Part shown: positions 19,665-29,762 of the stretch, piece after piece | How positions within the stretch are numbered: the first letter of the stretch is position 1 | Layout of the letters: every line of letters begins with the position of its first letter | From: a virus | Virus record (IMG/VR): IMGVR_UViG_3300046787_000129 | Coordinates: 45,630-109,629 of that record | Reading direction: 5' to 3' (one strand) | DNA length: 64,000 nt | Position numbers and translations under genes: made by a program | The notes under the pieces: generated by a model | Told to the model about the DNA's origin: nothing | Database searches by the model: none | What the model saw: only the letters and a program-made list of their open reading frames with translations

Positions 19665-20108
19665 ATGTCAAAAATACCTACACCAGATAGAGGACAGCCT
19701 CTAGACGTATCCTATATCTATCAGCTAGCAGAAGCTATCAACGAAGTTGCTGCAACTACAAGTTCGGCAACATATAAGTATGCAGCCATCGATACCTCTA
19801 ACGGTGTTCAAAACTCTTTGATCACAGAGACAAAGCTTGTTGCTGGAGAAAAGGTTATCTATCAGACAGTGACCACAGTAACCGCAGACACTACTGTTCC
19901 ATTCTCATATCAGTTTAAGGGCGAGTTCAAGTACGCTCCGATTGTTACTGCAACTCCAGTTTTGCTAGAGGGCAGCGGTAGTGGACAGAACGTTACTGTA
20001 ACCCTGCAGAGCGTCACCACATCTAGAGTAGACGGAACTGTTAGATTCAACACTGCTGGATCTGTTGCTGTAAAGGTAAACCTCATAGCAGTTGGCGTAC
20101 CAGTATAA
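19665..20108 (+). CDS. Tail fibre/H-type-lectin-like minor tail protein, leaderless
   Basis: FKYAPIVTAT...VTTS...VNLIAVG pattern; TATAAT 6 nt before ATG. Confidence 0.5.
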   Translation: MSKIPTPDRGQPLDVSYIYQLAEAINEVAATTSSATYKYAAIDTSNGVQNSLITETKLVAGEKVIYQTVTTVTADTTVPFSYQFKGEFKYAPIVTATPVLLEGSGSGQNVTVTLQSVTTSRVDGTVRFNTAGSVAVKVNLIAVGVPV

Positions 20109-20120
20109 TAGGAGACTGCA

Positions 20121-20669
20121 ATGTCTGCAAAAAATGCCAGAAAGTCTATGGGCGGCGAAGGCTATAACACATCTGATGTTATTCCTGGAAATAAAAAGGT
20201 TTGGTTTTTAAACGGGGACCTAGTAAGAATTCATCATCTAAATAAGTCTAACGGTATAATGTCCGTATATAACATTATCCAAGATAGAATCGAAAGCTGT
20301 CTGATTGCTGATTTTAAAAAGAATCGTGAGAGAGCCTACACCGTAGGACAGACTGCAGAGCTAGTAAATAGACACAAGAAGTACATGCCATCGCTGATGA
20401 AGCGTGGAGTTATTCCCTTTCCAACAGGCTCTCAAAAAGGTGGAGCAACTGGATGGCAGGTAAGATCTTATTATTCAGAGTCGCAAGTTCGAGAGATTCG
20501 TGATATACTAGCTTCCTACCACATGGGAAGACCTCGTAAAGACAAGCTCATCACAAACAGTATAACTCCTTCATCACAAGAGTTGACAAGGAAGATGGGA
20601 GATGGTATGCTTACATATACGAGAACAGAAGACGGTAGATTCATTCCAATCTGGTCTGAATCAATTTAA
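20121..20669 (+). CDS. MerR-like HTH DNA-binding protein
   Basis: YTVGQTAELVNR...KRGVIP...RSYYSESQV winged-HTH pattern. Confidence 0.65.
   Translation: MSAKNARKSMGGEGYNTSDVIPGNKKVWFLNGDLVRIHHLNKSNGIMSVYNIIQDRIESCLIADFKKNRERAYTVGQTAELVNRHKKYMPSLMKRGVIPFPTGSQKGGATGWQVRSYYSESQVREIRDILASYHMGRPRKDKLITNSITPSSQELTRKMGDGMLTYTRTEDGRFIPIWSESI
20583..20611 (+). promoter_or_regulatory. SigA-type promoter for replication operon
   Basis: TTGACA-17 nt-TATGCT with TG at extended -10 position. Confidence 0.65.
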
Positions 20670-20676
20670 CAAAGGT

Positions 20677-20874
20677 ATGGGTATGGAACAAACTAAGATT
20701 AATGTAATGCTCGGTTATACACTTAACATGGGCAACTTCCAATCGCTACGCATTGACGTAGGAATTGAAGACCACAAGCGTGAGGGTGAGAACACCAACG
20801 AAGCGTTTGAGCGAGTATACTCGTTTGTAGAGCAGAAGCTCACAGAGAAGATTAACGAGAACCAGGAAAAGTAA
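20677..20874 (+). CDS. Hypothetical protein
   Basis: GYTLNMGNFQSLRID; ATG after AAAGG; coupled to next gene. Confidence 0.6.
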   Translation: MGMEQTKINVMLGYTLNMGNFQSLRIDVGIEDHKREGENTNEAFERVYSFVEQKLTEKINENQEK

Positions 20875-21182
20875 TGGCTGAACGCAAAGACCGCATGGCT
20901 TTGCTCAGTCGCTATAGCAAACTACATACTATTCGGTATGAGGAAAAGCCACTTTTAAATTTAAACGTAGAGCAGTGGGCAGCAGATGCCCTTATTGAAT
21001 CCTACGGTATGCCATACTGCTACGATCTACTAGAATACTATTTCGAGGCAGCACAAACCCCAGCATGGAAATACTTTGCCAACTATGCTGATAAGATTAT
21101 CGACGGCAGAGCAGATTATAAACGAGATTTAGAGGAGAGAGCAGAGCGTCGTAGGATGGCTCAGCAGTGGTTAAATGAATAA
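20874..21182 (+). CDS. Hypothetical protein (possible helicase accessory)
   Basis: Overlaps dnaB start; function inferred from position only. Confidence 0.5.
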   Translation: MAERKDRMALLSRYSKLHTIRYEEKPLLNLNVEQWAADALIESYGMPYCYDLLEYYFEAAQTPAWKYFANYADKIIDGRADYKRDLEERAERRRMAQQWLNE

Positions 21183-22395
21183 TACAGAGTCAAAACTAAT
21201 TTCAGCGGTACTTCAGGACAAGCAGATTCACGTATTGCTTCAGGCAAACGTGGAGACGCTTCTGCGTACCCACAATGACATCTGGACATTCATTCGCAAC
21301 TACTCAGAAAACAATGGTTCTACTCCACCAGTAAACCTTGTAGTGGATAAGTTCCGTGACTTCCAGCCAGTAGAGGGTGTTGGGGCAACCAAGCACCACC
21401 TAGAAGAACTCCAGGTGGAGTACATGAACGATAGCTTGAAGGACATCATTCGTGTCGCTGCATCTGAGGTTCAGGCTGGTGAGGGTGTAAAGGCCCTTGA
21501 GGACCTTATCCAAAAGACCTCTGCACTCAAGAAGAACACCTCCACCATTCGTGACATTGATGCCACAGACCTAGAAGATGCAGTCGCATACTATGAGAAC
21601 GTGCAGCGTCAGAAAGAGCTTGGCTCACTAGGTATCAAGACTGGCCTTGGTGGATTTGACAACTATCTCCCTGCTGGAATCATGCCAGGACAGCTAGGCG
21701 TATTCCTAGCCTATCCAGGTATCGGTAAGTCGTGGATGGCCCTATACTTTGCGGTACAGGCATGGAAGCAGGGTAAGTCACCACTAGTAATCTCTCTAGA
21801 AATGAGTGAGACAGAAGTCCGTAACCGTGTATTTACTATTATGGGTGAAGGCCTGTGGTCACACCGTAAGCTTAGCGATGGCCAGATTGATATCGACGAC
21901 CTAAAGCGTTGGCACAAGAAGGACCTAGCTGGCAAGCCAGAGTTCCATATCATCTCAAATGACTCTGGTGGAGAAGTTACTCCATCTGTTATTCGTGGCA
22001 AGATTGACCAGTACAAGCCAGACCTAATCATCGTAGACTACCTACAGCTGATGAGTCCTAACCAGAAGTCAGAGAACGAGACTGTTCGTATGAAGAACCT
22101 TTCTCGTGAGCTAAAGCTTTTGGCTATCGGTGAAGAAATGCCTATCATTGCAATCTCCTCAGCGACCCCAGACGACGTTAACAAATTGGACACTGTTCCT
22201 ACCCTAGGTCAGACTGCATGGTCCCGTCAGATCGCTTATGACGCTGACTGGGTGCTAGCCTTGGGTCGTGCTACCAACAGCGATGTTATCGAGTGCGTGT
22301 TCCGAAAGAACCGTAACGGATTCATGGGTGAGTTCATGGTTCAGGCAGACTTCGATAAGGGCTGGTACAAGTACAAGGACTTTGAGGACAAGTAA
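21175..22395 (+). CDS. dnaB: Replicative DNA helicase, DnaB family
   Basis: Walker A AYPGIGKS, ISLEM, IIVDYLQLM, KNRNG. Confidence 0.95.
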   Translation: MNNTESKLISAVLQDKQIHVLLQANVETLLRTHNDIWTFIRNYSENNGSTPPVNLVVDKFRDFQPVEGVGATKHHLEELQVEYMNDSLKDIIRVAASEVQAGEGVKALEDLIQKTSALKKNTSTIRDIDATDLEDAVAYYENVQRQKELGSLGIKTGLGGFDNYLPAGIMPGQLGVFLAYPGIGKSWMALYFAVQAWKQGKSPLVISLEMSETEVRNRVFTIMGEGLWSHRKLSDGQIDIDDLKRWHKKDLAGKPEFHIISNDSGGEVTPSVIRGKIDQYKPDLIIVDYLQLMSPNQKSENETVRMKNLSRELKLLAIGEEMPIIAISSATPDDVNKLDTVPTLGQTAWSRQIAYDADWVLALGRATNSDVIECVFRKNRNGFMGEFMVQADFDKGWYKYKDFEDK

Positions 22396-23327
22396 TGAAG
22401 AAGTATCCTAAGACTACCTACACTCCAGAGCAGATTAAGCGTATCCTTGTTGGCTCTGGTGTAACGATTGAGTCAGAGATTGACTCAGACTACATCATCT
22501 TTTGTCCATACCACAATAATCACCGCTCACCTGCTGGAGAAGTAGATAAGTTTAATGGAACATTCTTCTGCTTTTCTTGTCAGAAGGTAGCAGACCTGAC
22601 TGAATTTGTTATGCACATGTCTGCAAGAACTTACTTCGAGGCTGTTCGTTTTATTAAGAGCAAAGAGCAAGAAGGCAACTTTGACCAGGATATTGCTAAG
22701 CAGCTAGTTGAAAAGCCAGCATATGTTCAGTATGACCAGCTACTGATCAAGAGATTAAACCAGCAGGCATTAGAATCAGCCAGAGCAATGAGATATTATT
22801 CTGGCAGACTTATTACAGAGGCATCTGTAAAGAAGTTCCAGCTAGGCTTCTCTGAAAAGCAGGACATGGTAACTATCCCAGTACACTCTCCAGATGGAAT
22901 GGAGATTGGGTTTGTGGGTAGATCTATCGAGGGTAAAGAATTTAAGAACACTCCAGGCTTGCCAAAGAGCAAGACCCTGTTCAATCTAAACCGTGTTAAA
23001 ACATCAAGTAGGGTTTATGTGGTAGAATCGTCTTTCGATGCTATTCGCTTAGACCAGTGTGGTTTTCCAGCGGTAGCAACGTTGGGTGCTAACGTATCCA
23101 ACTTTCAAACAGACCTACTACAAAAATACTTCAATAACATTATTGTTATTGCAGACAATGATGAAGCAGGCGGTAACATGAAGGACAAGATTCTAGAACG
23201 TCTTGGCTCACGTGTTAGCGTAGTAAAACTAGATAAGCAGTACAAGGACATCGGAGACATGTCTGACGAAGCAATAAAAAACATTGACGAGTCGTTTGAC
23301 AAATCAATTGCTTCTATGCTAAACTAA
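22395..23327 (+). CDS. dnaG: DNA primase
   Basis: CPYH...CFSC zinc finger; TOPRIM VVESSFD and ADNDEAG. Confidence 0.92.
   Translation: MKKYPKTTYTPEQIKRILVGSGVTIESEIDSDYIIFCPYHNNHRSPAGEVDKFNGTFFCFSCQKVADLTEFVMHMSARTYFEAVRFIKSKEQEGNFDQDIAKQLVEKPAYVQYDQLLIKRLNQQALESARAMRYYSGRLITEASVKKFQLGFSEKQDMVTIPVHSPDGMEIGFVGRSIEGKEFKNTPGLPKSKTLFNLNRVKTSSRVYVVESSFDAIRLDQCGFPAVATLGANVSNFQTDLLQKYFNNIIVIADNDEAGGNMKDKILERLGSRVSVVKLDKQYKDIGDMSDEAIKNIDESFDKSIASMLN
23296..23325 (+). promoter_or_regulatory. SigA-type promoter for SSB
   Basis: TTGACA-18 nt-TAAACT with TGn. Confidence 0.5.
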
Positions 23328-23355
23328 TAAACCAAAGAAAATATAAGGAGAAAAC

Positions 23356-24012
23356 ATGAGTATCATTCGAGGGCTAAAAGATATCAGTGCACTAATGGAT
23401 AAGCCAAAGTACGAAAACACAGGAGCAAAGGTTCGCTGGGTAAAGCTAGACGACGGCCAGTCGGTAAAGATTCGCTTCGTAGAGGAGCTAGACGCAGACT
23501 CAGCAAGCTATGCAGAAGACCGTGGTCTGTCTGTAGTTATTTCAGAGCACACCAATCCAAAGGATTACAAGCGTAAGGCAGCATGTACCATCGACTCAGA
23601 GGGTCGCTGCTTCGGTTGTGACATGGCTCGCAAGGAGCCTAAGTCAGGCTGGCGTTCACGTCTACGCTTCTACTGCAACGTAGTAGTAGACGACGGCCGT
23701 GAAGACCCATATGTAGCCGTATGGTCACAGGGTATTTCAAAGCAGTCTGCATTCAACAACATCCGTGAGTATGCTCTAGACACTGGCTCAATCTCTAACC
23801 TAGAGTGGAAGCTAAAGCGTAATGGACAGGGAACTGAGACCAACTACACCTTGCTACCAAGCAAGCCAGACTCAGAGCCATTTGCATGGAACGGTATTGA
23901 AGCATTCAACCTTGAGAAGGTTGTCCGTGATGTTCCTTATGCAGAGCAGGAAGCCTTCTACCTAGGCTTTGATGGCGGATCATCAATTACCTCAAGTAAC
24001 ACTGACTGGTAA
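23356..24012 (+). CDS. Single-stranded DNA-binding protein (gp32-like)
   Basis: Cys/His zinc site, KRNGQGTETNY, C-terminal DW; strong SD; between primase and polymerase. Confidence 0.8.
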   Translation: MSIIRGLKDISALMDKPKYENTGAKVRWVKLDDGQSVKIRFVEELDADSASYAEDRGLSVVISEHTNPKDYKRKAACTIDSEGRCFGCDMARKEPKSGWRSRLRFYCNVVVDDGREDPYVAVWSQGISKQSAFNNIREYALDTGSISNLEWKLKRNGQGTETNYTLLPSKPDSEPFAWNGIEAFNLEKVVRDVPYAEQEAFYLGFDGGSSITSSNTDW

Positions 24013-24024
24013 TAACTAATGTGG

Positions 24025-24054
24025 GTGGGGATGGCTTATGGCTGTCCCCACTTT
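24025..24054 (+). terminator. Intrinsic terminator
   Basis: GTGGGGATGGC-ttatg-GCTGTCCCCAC then TTT. Confidence 0.75.
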
Positions 24055-24064
24055 CATTTACCTA

Positions 24065-24093
24065 TTGACAACCATGACTTTTCATGTCATACT
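24065..24093 (+). promoter_or_regulatory. SigA-type promoter for dnaE
   Basis: TTGACA-17 nt-CATACT. Confidence 0.6.
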
Positions 24094-24122
24094 TAAACTT
24101 CAAATAAACAAGAAGGATTTCA

Positions 24123-27100
24123 ATGAATTACGCAGGACTCCACGTACACACCCACTATAGTTTGTTCGATGGAATTGCCACTCCACAGGAATATGTGGAC
24201 CGAGCAGTAGCACTAAAGATGCCAGCTATTGCAATCACCGATCACGGTTCGCTATCTGGCCACCGTGAAATGTACCGTGCTGCCAAGGAAGCAGGCATCA
24301 AGCCTATCCTGGGTATCGAGGGGTACATCACCAAGGACCGCTTCGACCACGAAGACAAGAAGGCCAAGAACGACCCACTTGACCTTAACTACAACCACCT
24401 TATTATTCTGGCTAAGAACCAGCAGGGTCTAGAGAACCTTAATAAGCTAAACGAAATTGGCTGGACTGAGGGATACTACAAGAAGCCACGTATTGATTGG
24501 GAGATTCTTGCAAAGTACAAGGATGGCCTAATTGTAACCTCTGGATGTCTATCAGGCTTTCTAGCTAAGGCTATCGAGGCAGAGAACCTTGCTGTTGCCA
24601 AGGAGCATATCGCTTGGGCAAAGAAGACGTTTGGCGAAGACTACTATGTTGAGGTAATGCCTCACAACGGTGCAGAGGTTAATAAGATACTTATTGATCT
24701 TGCAGATGAGTTCGGTATTAAGATTATCACTACTCCAGACTGCCACCACTCTGGTCCAGAGCAGAAGGAGATTCAGGAGTTCAAGCTTCTCCTAAACAGC
24801 CACGGTAACAAGGTTCAGAAGGAATCTACCTACGCTGAGTCTGCAGAGTACACAGACATGATGGAACGCCTAGACTATCTATACGGTGAAGAGCGTCCTA
24901 TGTCATTCAACAAGTTCGACATTCACCTGCTCTCATACGAGGAGATGAAGTCTGCTATGGAGGCACAGGGCATTGATCGTCCAGACATCTACTCAAACAC
25001 CCTTGAGATTGTAGACCGCATTGAAGACTATGACATCAAGGACCACCAGGACCTACTGCCTGTACAGTACAAGGATCCAGATGGAGAGCTTCTAGAGCTT
25101 GCTGTAGCAGGACTCAAAGAGCGTGGAGTGTACAACGATGAATACATGGCACGTCTAGAAGAGGAACTTCAGGTAATCAAGGACAAGAACTTTGGCCCTT
25201 ACTTCCTAGTCGTACGATCTATGATCGCATGGGCTAAGAAAGAAGACATCATGGTAGGGCCAGGACGTGGTTCTGCTGCAGGCTCACTACTCTGCTATGC
25301 CCTAGGCATTACAGACATCGACCCTATTGTTCACGGACTACTGTTCTTCCGTTTCATCAACCCTGAGCGTAATGACTTCCCAGATATCGATACAGATATC
25401 CAGGACTCACGACGTGAAGAAGTAAAGGATTACCTTGTACGCCAATACCGTCATGTTGCTTCTATTGCTACCTTTCTTTCCTTCAAGGACAAGGGCGTTG
25501 TACGTGACGTTGCTCGTGTACTTAACATTCCTCTACCAGATGTAAATAAGGTACTTAAGCTTGTAGATACTTGGGACGAGTACTGCCTATCAAAGTCAAC
25601 CGAATGGTTCCGTGAAAAGTACCCAGAGGTAGAGATTTATGGTGAGCAGCTACGTGGTCGCATCCGTGGTACTGGTATTCACGCTGCAGGTGTTGTTACT
25701 GCTAAGGAGCCTATCTTCCGCTTTGCACCAATGGAGACCCGTTCTGCAACGGGATCTAAGGAACGTATTCCAGTAGTGGCAGTAGATATGACAGAAGCAG
25801 AACGTATTGGTCTTATTAAGATTGACGCACTGGGTCTAAAGACCCTGTCAGTATTGCAAGACACCATGAAGATTATCGAACAGCGTGATGGCAAGAAGAT
25901 TGAGCTTCTTAAGCTTAATATGGAAGATGCTAACGTCTACAAGATGCTATCTGACGGTTATACCAAGGGCGTATTCCAGTGTGAAGCTACTCCTTACACC
26001 AACTTGCTAGTCAAGATGGGTGTTAAGAACTTTGCTGAACTTGCTGCATCTAACGCTCTCGTGCGTCCAGGTGCTGCTAACACCATCGGTAAGGACTACA
26101 TCGCACGTAAGCACGGTAAGCAGAACATCGCATACCACCACCAGGTGATGAAGGCCTTTACCGCAGAGACCTATGGATGCATCTTGTACCAGGAGCAGGT
26201 CATGCAGGCTTGTACCGAACTTGGTGGAATGTCTATGGCAGAAGCTGATAAAGTTCGTAAGATTATTGGTAAGAAGAAGGACGCTCGTGAATTTGACGCA
26301 TACCGTGATCAGTTCGTTAAGGGAGCATCTAGATTCCTATCTCCAAACGTCGCAGAAGAGCTGTGGACGGACTTTGAGGCCCACGCTGGGTACTCTTTTA
26401 ACAAGTCTCACGCAGTGGCTTATTCGACCTTGTCGTACTGGACAGCATGGTTGAAGTATTACTATCCAATCGAGTTCATGTACTCGCTACTTAAGAACGA
26501 GAAGGACAAGGATGCTCGCACAGAGTACTTGATTGAGGCAAAGCGTATGGGTATCTCCATTAAGCTTCCACACATCAATGACTCAGACGCTGACTTCAAG
26601 ATTGAGGGCAAGGGTATTCGCTTTGGACTAACTGCAATCAAGTACATCTCTGACAACATTGCCAGCAAGTACATGGAACAGCGTCCATTCAACTCCTACA
26701 AGGAGCTAGAAGAGTTCACCTTTACCAAGGGTAGCGGAGTCAATAGTCGTGCACTACAGGCATTACGAGTAGTCGGAGCAGCAACGTTCCCAGATAATCC
26801 TCGTAATGATGATGAGATTAAAGAGAATCTATATGAGTATCTAAATCTACCAGAGTTCAACCTATCGGTTCCATCGCACTTCCACGCCTTTATCAACGAG
26901 GTAGAAGAGTTTGAGGAAAAGGGCTCATTTATCCTTATGGGAATGATTAAGGGTATTAAGCGTGGTAACGGTTGGTCTCGTGTAGAGTTGCTAGATAAGA
27001 CTGGTAGTGTTGGTATCTTCGATGAAGAGCAGACCAAGATTGAGGCAGGTAAGACTTACATCCTACTTGCTAGCGATAACCGTATTGTTTCAGCAGTTCC

Positions 27101-27398
27101 TGTAGACGAGATTAAGACCTCGGATGCAGCGTTCCTAAAGTTCCTAAACTATCGTCAGCTACCTTACAAGGAAGACGAGAAGTTCGTGGTATCGTTTAGA
27201 CCACGAGTGACCAAGGCTGGAAAGAAGATGGCATCACTTGTGGTGGCAGACACCGACCGAGACTTGCACTCAGTTACAGTATTTCCTACGTCTTTTGCCA
27301 AGGCGTATATGAAAATTGAAGAGGGTACAGCGTATAACTTTACCTTTGGACAGACAAAAGATGGCACAGTGATTATGGAGGATGTAGAAAGTGTTTGA
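24123..27398 (+). CDS. dnaE: DNA polymerase III alpha subunit
   Basis: PHP HVHTHYS/TDHG, GPGRGSAAGS, PDIDTD, HAAGVV, KIDALGL, YSFNKSHA. Confidence 0.98.
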   Translation: MNYAGLHVHTHYSLFDGIATPQEYVDRAVALKMPAIAITDHGSLSGHREMYRAAKEAGIKPILGIEGYITKDRFDHEDKKAKNDPLDLNYNHLIILAKNQQGLENLNKLNEIGWTEGYYKKPRIDWEILAKYKDGLIVTSGCLSGFLAKAIEAENLAVAKEHIAWAKKTFGEDYYVEVMPHNGAEVNKILIDLADEFGIKIITTPDCHHSGPEQKEIQEFKLLLNSHGNKVQKESTYAESAEYTDMMERLDYLYGEERPMSFNKFDIHLLSYEEMKSAMEAQGIDRPDIYSNTLEIVDRIEDYDIKDHQDLLPVQYKDPDGELLELAVAGLKERGVYNDEYMARLEEELQVIKDKNFGPYFLVVRSMIAWAKKEDIMVGPGRGSAAGSLLCYALGITDIDPIVHGLLFFRFINPERNDFPDIDTDIQDSRREEVKDYLVRQYRHVASIATFLSFKDKGVVRDVARVLNIPLPDVNKVLKLVDTWDEYCLSKSTEWFREKYPEVEIYGEQLRGRIRGTGIHAAGVVTAKEPIFRFAPMETRSATGSKERIPVVAVDMTEAERIGLIKIDALGLKTLSVLQDTMKIIEQRDGKKIELLKLNMEDANVYKMLSDGYTKGVFQCEATPYTNLLVKMGVKNFAELAASNALVRPGAANTIGKDYIARKHGKQNIAYHHQVMKAFTAETYGCILYQEQVMQACTELGGMSMAEADKVRKIIGKKKDAREFDAYRDQFVKGASRFLSPNVAEELWTDFEAHAGYSFNKSHAVAYSTLSYWTAWLKYYYPIEFMYSLLKNEKDKDARTEYLIEAKRMGISIKLPHINDSDADFKIEGKGIRFGLTAIKYISDNIASKYMEQRPFNSYKELEEFTFTKGSGVNSRALQALRVVGAATFPDNPRNDDEIKENLYEYLNLPEFNLSVPSHFHAFINEVEEFEEKGSFILMGMIKGIKRGNGWSRVELLDKTGSVGIFDEEQTKIEAGKTYILLASDNRIVSAVPVDEIKTSDAAFLKFLNYRQLPYKEDEKFVVSFRPRVTKAGKKMASLVVADTDRDLHSVTVFPTSFAKAYMKIEEGTAYNFTFGQTKDGTVIMEDVESV

Positions 27399-27726
27399 TG
27401 AAGTATCAGATCACCTGCACGAAGTTGCAGTAGAAAAGGGTTTCTGGAATGTTCTGGAAGGAGCATCGCAGGAACAAAAGGATATCTTTATGACAAAGCA
27501 GTTGATGATGATTGTATCAGAGGCTGTAGAGGTTATGGAGGCTATCCGTAAGTCAAGAGGTCCAGCAGAGGTTGCCGATGAGATGGCAGACATTCTGATT
27601 CGTACCTTTGACCTATACGCTGGTCTGGTGGAGCATGAGTATACTCACGTATCGCTAGATGAGGCATTTGAAAAGAAGACTGCATTTAATAAGTCACGAC
27701 CAGAGAAGCATGGAGTAAAGTTCTAA
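27391..27726 (+). CDS. MazG-like NTP pyrophosphohydrolase
   Basis: SEAVEVMEA...DEMADILIR ExxE/ExxD motifs. Confidence 0.85.
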   Translation: MFDEVSDHLHEVAVEKGFWNVLEGASQEQKDIFMTKQLMMIVSEAVEVMEAIRKSRGPAEVADEMADILIRTFDLYAGLVEHEYTHVSLDEAFEKKTAFNKSRPEKHGVKF

Positions 27727-27950
27727 TGGCAATTACCGTATATACAAAGCCAGCGTGTGTCCAGTGCGACGCAACAAAGCGTTTGCTTAATAAGCTAGAG
27801 TTAGATTATGACACTGTAGACATCACAGAGGATGCTGCAGCGTTGGAGATGATTCTGTCTAAGGGCTTCCAGGCAGCTCCAGTGGTTAATGCTGGTGACG
27901 ACTGGTGGTCAGGGTTCAACCCAGAGAAGATTAATGGGTTGGTAGGCTAA
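27726..27950 (+). CDS. nrdH: Glutaredoxin-like NrdH
   Basis: TVYTKPACVQC, APVV, WSGFNPEKI. Confidence 0.95.
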   Translation: MAITVYTKPACVQCDATKRLLNKLELDYDTVDITEDAAALEMILSKGFQAAPVVNAGDDWWSGFNPEKINGLVG

Positions 27951-28963
27951 TGACTACTATGGAAGAGGCCCTAGCGGCACTAGACCCACGCATACGCAAG
28001 CGTCTATCAGACGGAACTGGATTCAAGACTGACTTTCAGCCAACACCAAGCTTTGGGCTAAACCGTGCATTGAATGGTGGACTACCTTATGGTCGTCAGA
28101 TTCTTATCTGGGGATCGAAGTCGTCTGCAAAGTCTTCTCTATGCCTTCAGATGATTGCCCTTGCTCAAGAAGAGGGAAAGCTTTGTGCATGGATTGATGC
28201 CGAGATGTCATACTCAGAAGAGTGGGCTCAAAAGCTTGGGGTAGATACTAAGAACCTTATTGTATCTCAAGCACGTACTATCAATGAAATGGTAGACGTT
28301 GGTACCAACCTAATGAACGCTGGAGTTGATCTAATTGTAGTTGACTCTATCACATCTCTACTACCTGCAATCTACTTCGAGAAGGACTCTGATGAACTTA
28401 AGCAACTTGAAAACACAAAGCAAATTGGAGCAGAGTCTAGAGACTTTAGTAACGCATGGAAGATGCTCAACTATGCTAATAACAAAGTTAAGCCTACGCT
28501 TTTTGTTCTTATTAGTCAATCTCGTAACAATATTAGTGCTATGTATACAAGTCAGCAGCCATCGGGTGGCCAAGCGACTAAGTTCTACAGCTCAACTGTT
28601 ATCAAACTTTTCTCGTCTGAGTCAGACAATCAGGCTATTAAAGGCAAGATTGCGGTGGGAGATAAGCTTATTGAAGAGAAGGTAGGCCGTAAGGTCCGCT
28701 GGGAGCTTCAGTTCTCTAAGACATCACCAGGCTTCCAGTCTGGAGAGTACGACTTCTACTTCAGAGGCCCTATGGTTGGCGTAGACAGCGTTGGAGACCT
28801 GGTAGATACAGCAGAGATGATGGGCATTGTAAGCCGTACAGGAGCCTGGTACATCCTACCAGATGGCTCTAAGGTTCAAGGTAGAGATGCATTCGTAAAC
28901 CGTGTAAGAGAAGATGTAGATCTTCAGGATTCAATTAAGGCTCAGGTCAATGGCGAAATATAA
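27950..28963 (+). CDS. recA: RecA/UvsX-like recombinase
   Basis: GGLPYGR, GSKSSAKS, WIDAE, VVDS, GGQATKFYSS, GAWY. Confidence 0.93.
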   Translation: MTTMEEALAALDPRIRKRLSDGTGFKTDFQPTPSFGLNRALNGGLPYGRQILIWGSKSSAKSSLCLQMIALAQEEGKLCAWIDAEMSYSEEWAQKLGVDTKNLIVSQARTINEMVDVGTNLMNAGVDLIVVDSITSLLPAIYFEKDSDELKQLENTKQIGAESRDFSNAWKMLNYANNKVKPTLFVLISQSRNNISAMYTSQQPSGGQATKFYSSTVIKLFSSESDNQAIKGKIAVGDKLIEEKVGRKVRWELQFSKTSPGFQSGEYDFYFRGPMVGVDSVGDLVDTAEMMGIVSRTGAWYILPDGSKVQGRDAFVNRVREDVDLQDSIKAQVNGEI

Positions 28964-29126
28964 CATTTATCCAGGAACATTCAAGTGTCAGGAGTGTGGG
29001 GTAGAGGTAACATCTCTACGCTCATACCCAGATACAAAAGAGCTAACCTGGATGTGTAAGGATAAGCACCTTAGTCAGGTTAACCTGAAGATTAAAAAGA
29101 CCAAGAAAGATTATGTAAGTGAGTGA
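28950..29126 (+). CDS. Small zinc-binding protein (58 aa, not in ORF track)
   Basis: MAKYNIYPGTFKCQECG...WMCKDKH; overlaps both neighbours. Confidence 0.6.
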   Translation: MAKYNIYPGTFKCQECGVEVTSLRSYPDTKELTWMCKDKHLSQVNLKIKKTKKDYVSE

Positions 29127-29403
29127 ACGAGGAGAGTCTAGAAGACTAGGTGCTAAGCAGCACAAAAACTCTGGTCGTGGCACACACAAGGGCGATGCTT
29201 CTTGGGAGGGATTCACCATTGACTTCAAAGAGGTTGGCAAGTCCTTTACACTTAATAAAGAGGTATGGGCTAAGGCTACTACAGATGCTATTCGTAACAA
29301 CAACGATCCAGCAATTGTAGTAGTCCTTGGTGACTCTGGAATTAAAACTAGATTAGCAATTATAGAAATGTCTATATTAGAGCAACTAATTGATGGCGAA
29401 TAG
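29119..29403 (+). CDS. Holliday-junction resolvase-like PD-(D/E)xK nuclease
   Basis: E...SG...GD...IDFKE. Confidence 0.7.
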   Translation: MSERGESRRLGAKQHKNSGRGTHKGDASWEGFTIDFKEVGKSFTLNKEVWAKATTDAIRNNNDPAIVVVLGDSGIKTRLAIIEMSILEQLIDGE

Positions 29404-29449
29404 TCAGCGGTAGTGCTATACTATTAATAGTAAAACAACAGGAGTTCTT

Positions 29450-29755
29450 ATGGAACAACAGCAAACAACACTAGATATGGTCAATGGTCTTACAGAGATC
29501 GCTGACTTTATGAATGATGAAGAGTTAACCGCAGCACTTACCTTTGTTGCTAAACTAATTATTAAACCAGATATTCCCCTACAGGTAGCAACCGTAGAGA
29601 TTGTCCGACTGCAAGCAATTGCAACTAAGATGTCTTTCAAAGCAACCTGGATGGCTAACGTAGATAAAGGAGACAGAGCGAAGAAGAACTTGTACTATAC
29701 TGCTGCAGAATCAATTAATGCACTAGTATCAGCACTCAAGTACATTACTCGCTAG
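29450..29755 (+). CDS. Hypothetical helical protein
   Basis: SD AGGAG and upstream TGCTATACT; 101 aa. Confidence 0.6.
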   Translation: MEQQQTTLDMVNGLTEIADFMNDEELTAALTFVAKLIIKPDIPLQVATVEIVRLQAIATKMSFKATWMANVDKGDRAKKNLYYTAAESINALVSALKYITR

Positions 29756-29762
29756 TGTTAAC

